Positions 58,864 through 64,000 of a stretch of DNA of 64,000 bases are shown here, piece after piece. A program made the position numbers and the translations under genes. This DNA is from Octopus sinensis (lineage: Eukaryota), in contig NC_043013.1 in the NCBI RefSeq assembly GCF_006345805.1, forward strand, positions 29,016,001 to 29,080,000, written 5' to 3'. The notes beneath the pieces were generated by a model, which made no database searches, was not told the DNA's origin, and was given only the letters and a program-made list of their open reading frames with translations. Position 1 is the stretch's first letter. Each line of letters opens with the position of its first letter.

Positions 58864-60820
58864 GTACTTCTTGTATTTCTTTCAACTTTTTATGTTGCAG
58901 AGTTGGTGAAAAAGAATTACCAACCAAATATTAGAAATCAATTTGTTTGTTTGTTCCCGCACACCAAATTTCTGGCTTTATGTCTGTGTAAAAATTATTT
59001 AGTCCCAGTATGGTTACAAACTAAACAAATTGTATTTAGCTTCATCTAATTTTGTTTTTTATCTTCAAATCCCACAAGGGTTGATTGTACTTTTTTCTTT
59101 TACCCTTTTAAGATTAGTATAACTTGCTGGAGTTAGATTGGTTGAGCATACACTGACAAACATGTGCTCACAGTAGTAACATTTTGTCTGTCTTTATGTT
59201 TTGAGTTCAAATTCTGCTAAGGTTGGCTTTGACTTCTACCCTTTTAGTGTTGATAAAAGAAGTACCTGTTGAACGCTGGGGTCAATGTAATTGACTTACC
59301 CTGTTCCCCCTAAAATCAGACCTTGTGCCTATAATACAAGCGGTTATTATTATCAAGGGCAGGTAAGCTGGCAGAAACGTTAGCATGCCGGGCAAAATGC
59401 TTAGCGGTATTTCGTCTGTCTTTATGTTCTGAGTTCAAATTCCGCCGAGGTCGACTTTGTCTTTTATCCTTTCAAGGTTGTTAAATTAAGTACCAGTTGT
59501 GTACTGAGGTCGATCTAATTTACTAGCTCCCTCCCCCAAAATTTTGGGCCTTGTGCCTAGAGTGGAAAATAAAAGAATTGTTAGTATGCCAGACATCCTT
59601 TTAGAGTCAATGAAATAAGTATCAGTTGAGCACTGGGCTCAATGTAATTGACTTACTCCTTCACCTGAAATTGCAGGCCTTGTGCCAAAATTTAAAACCC
59701 ATTATTATCAAGGACAAGTGAACTGGTAGACTCATTAGCATACTGGACAAAATGCTTAATGACATTTCATCCGTCTCTATGTTCTGACTTCAAATTCCAC
59801 TGAGGTCACCTTTGCCTTTCATCCTTTCACGGTTGATAAAATAAGTATCAGATGAACACGGGTTGATGTAATCGACTGTTCCCCTCCCCTAAAATTTCAG
59901 GCCTGGGGCCTATAGACAGTGAAATGACAGAATCAGTAGAGCCGCAGACAATGCCCAGCAATATTTAATTCAACTTTCTACATTTTGAGTTTCCCATTGC
60001 AACCAAATTTGTCTTTCACCCTTCTTGGGGTGAGGTAGGGATCTGTAAAATAAAATACCTGTCAAGTACTAGAGTACATTTTCTTTGTACTTCTCACAAC
60101 TTTTTGGCATTGTGCCTATATTACAGATTATTAATCTTATACAGATTATTAATATTATCATTTATATTTATAATATTATCATATTCATATTATTAACATT
60201 ACAAGGGTGACAGATTGGCAGATTGTAAGAGCATCAAGTTGTACAGTTTGTTCTGATGCTCTGTGTTCTGAGTTCAAAACCTATCAACATCAACTTTGTC
60301 TTTCATCTTTCCAATACTAGTCAAACCATGGGGGTTGAACTAATCAACTAATCCCTGCCCTTAAATCTGAGGTCTTGTGCCCGTATTCGGCATTTCACCC
60401 TACTTTATGTTCTGAGTTCAAATTCCACCAAGGTCAGCTTTACCTTTCATCCTTTTGGGGGGGTCGATGAAATAAAGACCAGTTGAGCACTAGGGAGTCA
60501 ATGTAAACGACTAGTCCCATCCTCTCTCCTCCAAAATTTGAGGCCTTGTGCTTAGAGTTGAAAGGACTACTACTACTACTATCATCACTAGGGTTTGTAG
60601 AGGAGAAGAAACTGTAGCATTGGGGAGAGAATGTATTGTGATGCACATTTGTTCAATGTTCAAATTCTGCTAGAGTTGATTAAAATATACCTAGTAATAT
60701 ATACTGGTCTTGATTCCATGAACCAAAGTCTCTCTCTTTCTCTCTCTCTTTCCCCCCTCTCTCTCTCCCTCCCTCTCTGCCAGATTACAGCTTTGTGCCA
60801 CTGTGAGAAACCATTTATTA
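58268..60820 (+). mobile_element. Cluster of ~10 co-oriented SINE 'A' copies of different ages
   Basis: Recurrent GAGTTCAAATTC..CTTTCATCC..AAGTACCAG..GGCCTTGTGCC modules with (ATT)n spacers. Confidence 0.85.
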
Positions 60821-61566
60821 CTAACATCACGATCATTATTTCTGTTACAGAGGTTTCCAAACATAAATTATGAGAGCTAATGTGTGTCTGTCAGTCTTTG
60901 ACTGTATCTGTCTGTCTGTTAGTCTGTATCATGCTGTGTTTGTGTATGTATGTGTGTATGTATATATATGTGTGTGTGTATATACATGTATGTATGTATG
61001 TATGTATGTATGTACGTACGTACATATAAGGCTGAGGTAAAATATCTCAAATGATCATTCAACATACTAAATACATATATGATAGAAGGAAGTGGGGGGG
61101 GGGTCTTACGTACATAATATAAACGAGTTGGAAAAACCTTGAGCAGTTGAAATTATCCAAGTAATTCGTAGACAAAATCTCCCGCCAGAAGTGAAAAAAG
61201 AAAAAAAAAAAGAAAACGAAGCTGAACGAGTCACAAGGCAAGGGAGATAACTTCATTAAAAACGTTTGACTAAAGTTTTTGGTTACTAGTAAATTCGTGG
61301 TTCACAAAACTTGCACCACAGTGAGAGTTATAAATATATATTTTAAAAATACAAAAAGTCTCAATAACTATGCCTAGTTTATTCAATAAAGATCTACTTC
61401 ATAATTTTCTGTAGTTTATATATAGACTATAAGTTATATAATAATATATATTCCAGTGAGTGGGTGACTTGTTCAGAAAAGAAACTGTGCCCAATGTCTT
61501 TGAATAAAGTACTCAGAGATAAGTCTGAGGGTGAATAAAAATTTTAATCCATAATTATTAGTCTGA

Positions 61567-61629
61567 GTATATATATATATATATAGATATATATATATAT
61601 ATATATATATATGTGTATATATATATGTA

Positions 61630-61661
<32 letters not shown>

Positions 61662-61694
61662 TGTGTATATATATATGTATATATATATATATAC

Positions 61695-61732
<38 letters not shown>

Positions 61733-61831
61733 GTATATATATATGTATATATATATATACACATATATATAAATATATATATATATACACATATATATAT
61801 ATATACAATATAACATATATATATAATAGAC

Positions 61832-61864
<33 letters not shown>

Positions 61865-61867
61865 CAC

Positions 61868-61925
<58 letters not shown>

Positions 61926-61935
61926 CATATATATA
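61567..61935. repeat. Long interrupted (TA)n microsatellite
   Basis: Seen directly; also 748-792, 1014-1098, 57765-57815, 58088-58180 and 63573-63870. Confidence 0.97.
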
Positions 61936-62186
61936 TCACGTGATCATGTGACTGACCAGACCATCAGATGTTGCTACACAACGCTGGTCACATTGCGTTC
62001 GCATTGTTTTAGCCTTCGAATGACGCCACCCCGCTGGCTAAGCGAGCAGGCCAACAGACGAAAGAGTGGTGAAAGAGTACAGCAGGGCTCACCGCCCCCT
62101 GCCGGAGCCTCATGGAGCTTTTAGGTGTTTTCGCTCAATAAACACTCACAACGCCCGGTCTGGGAATCGAAACCGCGATCCTACGA
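61935..62186 (-). mobile_element. SINE with an RTE-like tail, next to a long (TA)n tract
   Basis: Minus-strand B box GGTTTCGATTCCC; tail similar to 21129-21190. Confidence 0.75.
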
Positions 62187-62691
62187 TATAAGATTAATAT
62201 AAAGTGCTTGCACACACTAGGAAAAAAAACTTCTTCCAAAAGAGTTAGTAACATGATAAAAGATTTTATAACTTTTTAAAAAAATAATTTACAAAAAATC
62301 CTTTTTATGCTTAAAAATTCTATCAAGTATTTTTCACAAAGACTTTTAAATATATATATATATATATACATATATATATGATGCCATCTTTTTCTAATTT
62401 GCACTCTAAGCAAAAATAGTTTGGAGAACACTGAAATATACACACTTTTCTTGAGTTATGATAGATTTTGGTAAATTGTTAGAAAAATTTGGTAAAATTG
62501 AAAAGAAAAACAAAACGTATTTCAAGTTGGTAAACTGACGATATTTGACACTGTATGACAAATACATATTTGTCTTTGAGTTTCTTTCTGTGAAAGTCTC
62601 TATTGGCCTCGTTCCTTCACACACATTCTCCCTCTCTCACACACACTTGCACGCACACACACACACACACACTTACTCTTTCACACACACG

Positions 62692-62722
<31 letters not shown>

Positions 62723-62804
62723 ACACACACTCACGCGTGCATACACAAGCATACTCATGCTTACACATACCCCCCCCTTTCATGCATACAAATGCTTACA
62801 CATG

Positions 62805-62857
<53 letters not shown>

Positions 62858-63292
62858 ACATACACACACACATGTGCAAGTGCAAACAAAAGAATGTGGC
62901 ACACTACATATTTGGATGGAGTTATAATATTTAATATTGACTGAACTCTCTATGTCTTAAAGTTTCATAGGCTCTTCTCTAGGTGTCTGGTGAAAAAGGT
63001 TCATTCTACAAATGGGCAAAACCTTAAGTTGTATGGAGTTGAGTCAAACACACAAAGGTGGTGAGCTGGCAGAATCATGAACACGCTGGTCAAAATGCTT
63101 AGTGGCACTTTGTCCGTTTCTATGCTTTGAGTTCAAATTCTACTGGGGTTGACTTTGCCATTCATCGTTTTGGGGTTGATAAATTAAATACCAGTGAAAC
63201 ACTGGGATCAATGTTATTGACTTACCCTTTATCATGAAACTGCCAGCCTTGTACCAGAATATGAAGTAAAAGTGTTCATATACATGAATGTA

Positions 63293-63348
<56 letters not shown>

Positions 63349-63351
<3 letters not shown>

Positions 63352-63572
63352 GGTGTGGCAGAAGTAATACCCTTTTGTATTGAATCATGTTGTTTTGGTG
63401 AAACAATACTTATTAAATTTCCGAAAACTTCTGCGATTCTTTTTCATTAGTTTATTATTCATTTCTTTAAGTAATGCAATAAATTTGTGTTCAATAAAAA
63501 ATTACTTAATAAACATTTATATACTATAAAAGTTATTAAATGCAAAAAAAGTGTTACTTCTGCTGCACCCTG
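63349..63572. mobile_element. Tc1/mariner-type MITE inside (TA)n
   Basis: CAGGGTGTGGCAGAAGTAATAC / GTGTTACTTCTGCTGCACCCTG TIRs with TA flanks. Confidence 0.85.
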
Positions 63573-63610
63573 TATATATATATATATATATTATATATAT
63601 ATGTATATAT

Positions 63611-63691
<81 letters not shown>

Positions 63692-63737
63692 ACATACATA
63701 CATACATATATATGTATGTATATATATATAAACATAC

Positions 63738-63792
<55 letters not shown>

Positions 63793-64000
63793 CATACATA
63801 CATACATATATATAGACATACATACATACACACATATATATATATATGTATGTATGTGCATGTATACATGAGTAACATATATAAGCATGCAGTACACATG
63901 CAAATATGTTTGCAGTTGTTGTCTTTGAATGTTTTTTTTTGTTTTGTTATAAACATCGCCATATTTGGCATGTTTTTTTTTTTTATTTTAATTTTTATTG

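Noticed and set aside
61473-63971. Long YI/HT/VC-repeat ORFs (also many elsewhere)
   Set aside because: Translations of TA, CA and GA microsatellites.

Overview
AT-rich, repeat-dense eukaryotic DNA. The SINE/LINE families and microsatellite load look like an Octopus (coleoid cephalopod) genome; this is inferred from recalled repeat families, not from a search. One protein-coding gene can be rebuilt by hand: an ATF2/ATF7-family bZIP transcription factor on the + strand with 10 coding exons (25539-55446). All introns are GT-AG and phase-consistent, giving 1761 nt or 586 aa: C2H2 finger, DQTPTPT MAPK site, Q14 tract, bZIP. The rest is mobile DNA: several tRNA-derived SINE families, RTE LINE remnants and their 3'UTRs, a Hero/R2-like fragment, piggyBac-, hAT- and Tc1/mariner-like MITEs, a Helentron-associated element and microsatellites. 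Almost all short ORFs in the supplied track are repeat artefacts. The main unexplained signal is a set of five hammerhead-ribozyme-like cores. Two of them sit in the arms of a ~180-bp inverted repeat in intron 5, so the pre-mRNA carries a ribozyme motif together with its own antisense copy. Other leads are a perfect CRE with CCAAT and TATA upstream of this CRE-binding factor, an open frame after the TGA-C stop, and arrays of a pseudoknot-like unit in the RTE 3'UTR. Repeat boundaries are approximate, and exon and intron numbers count coding exons only.
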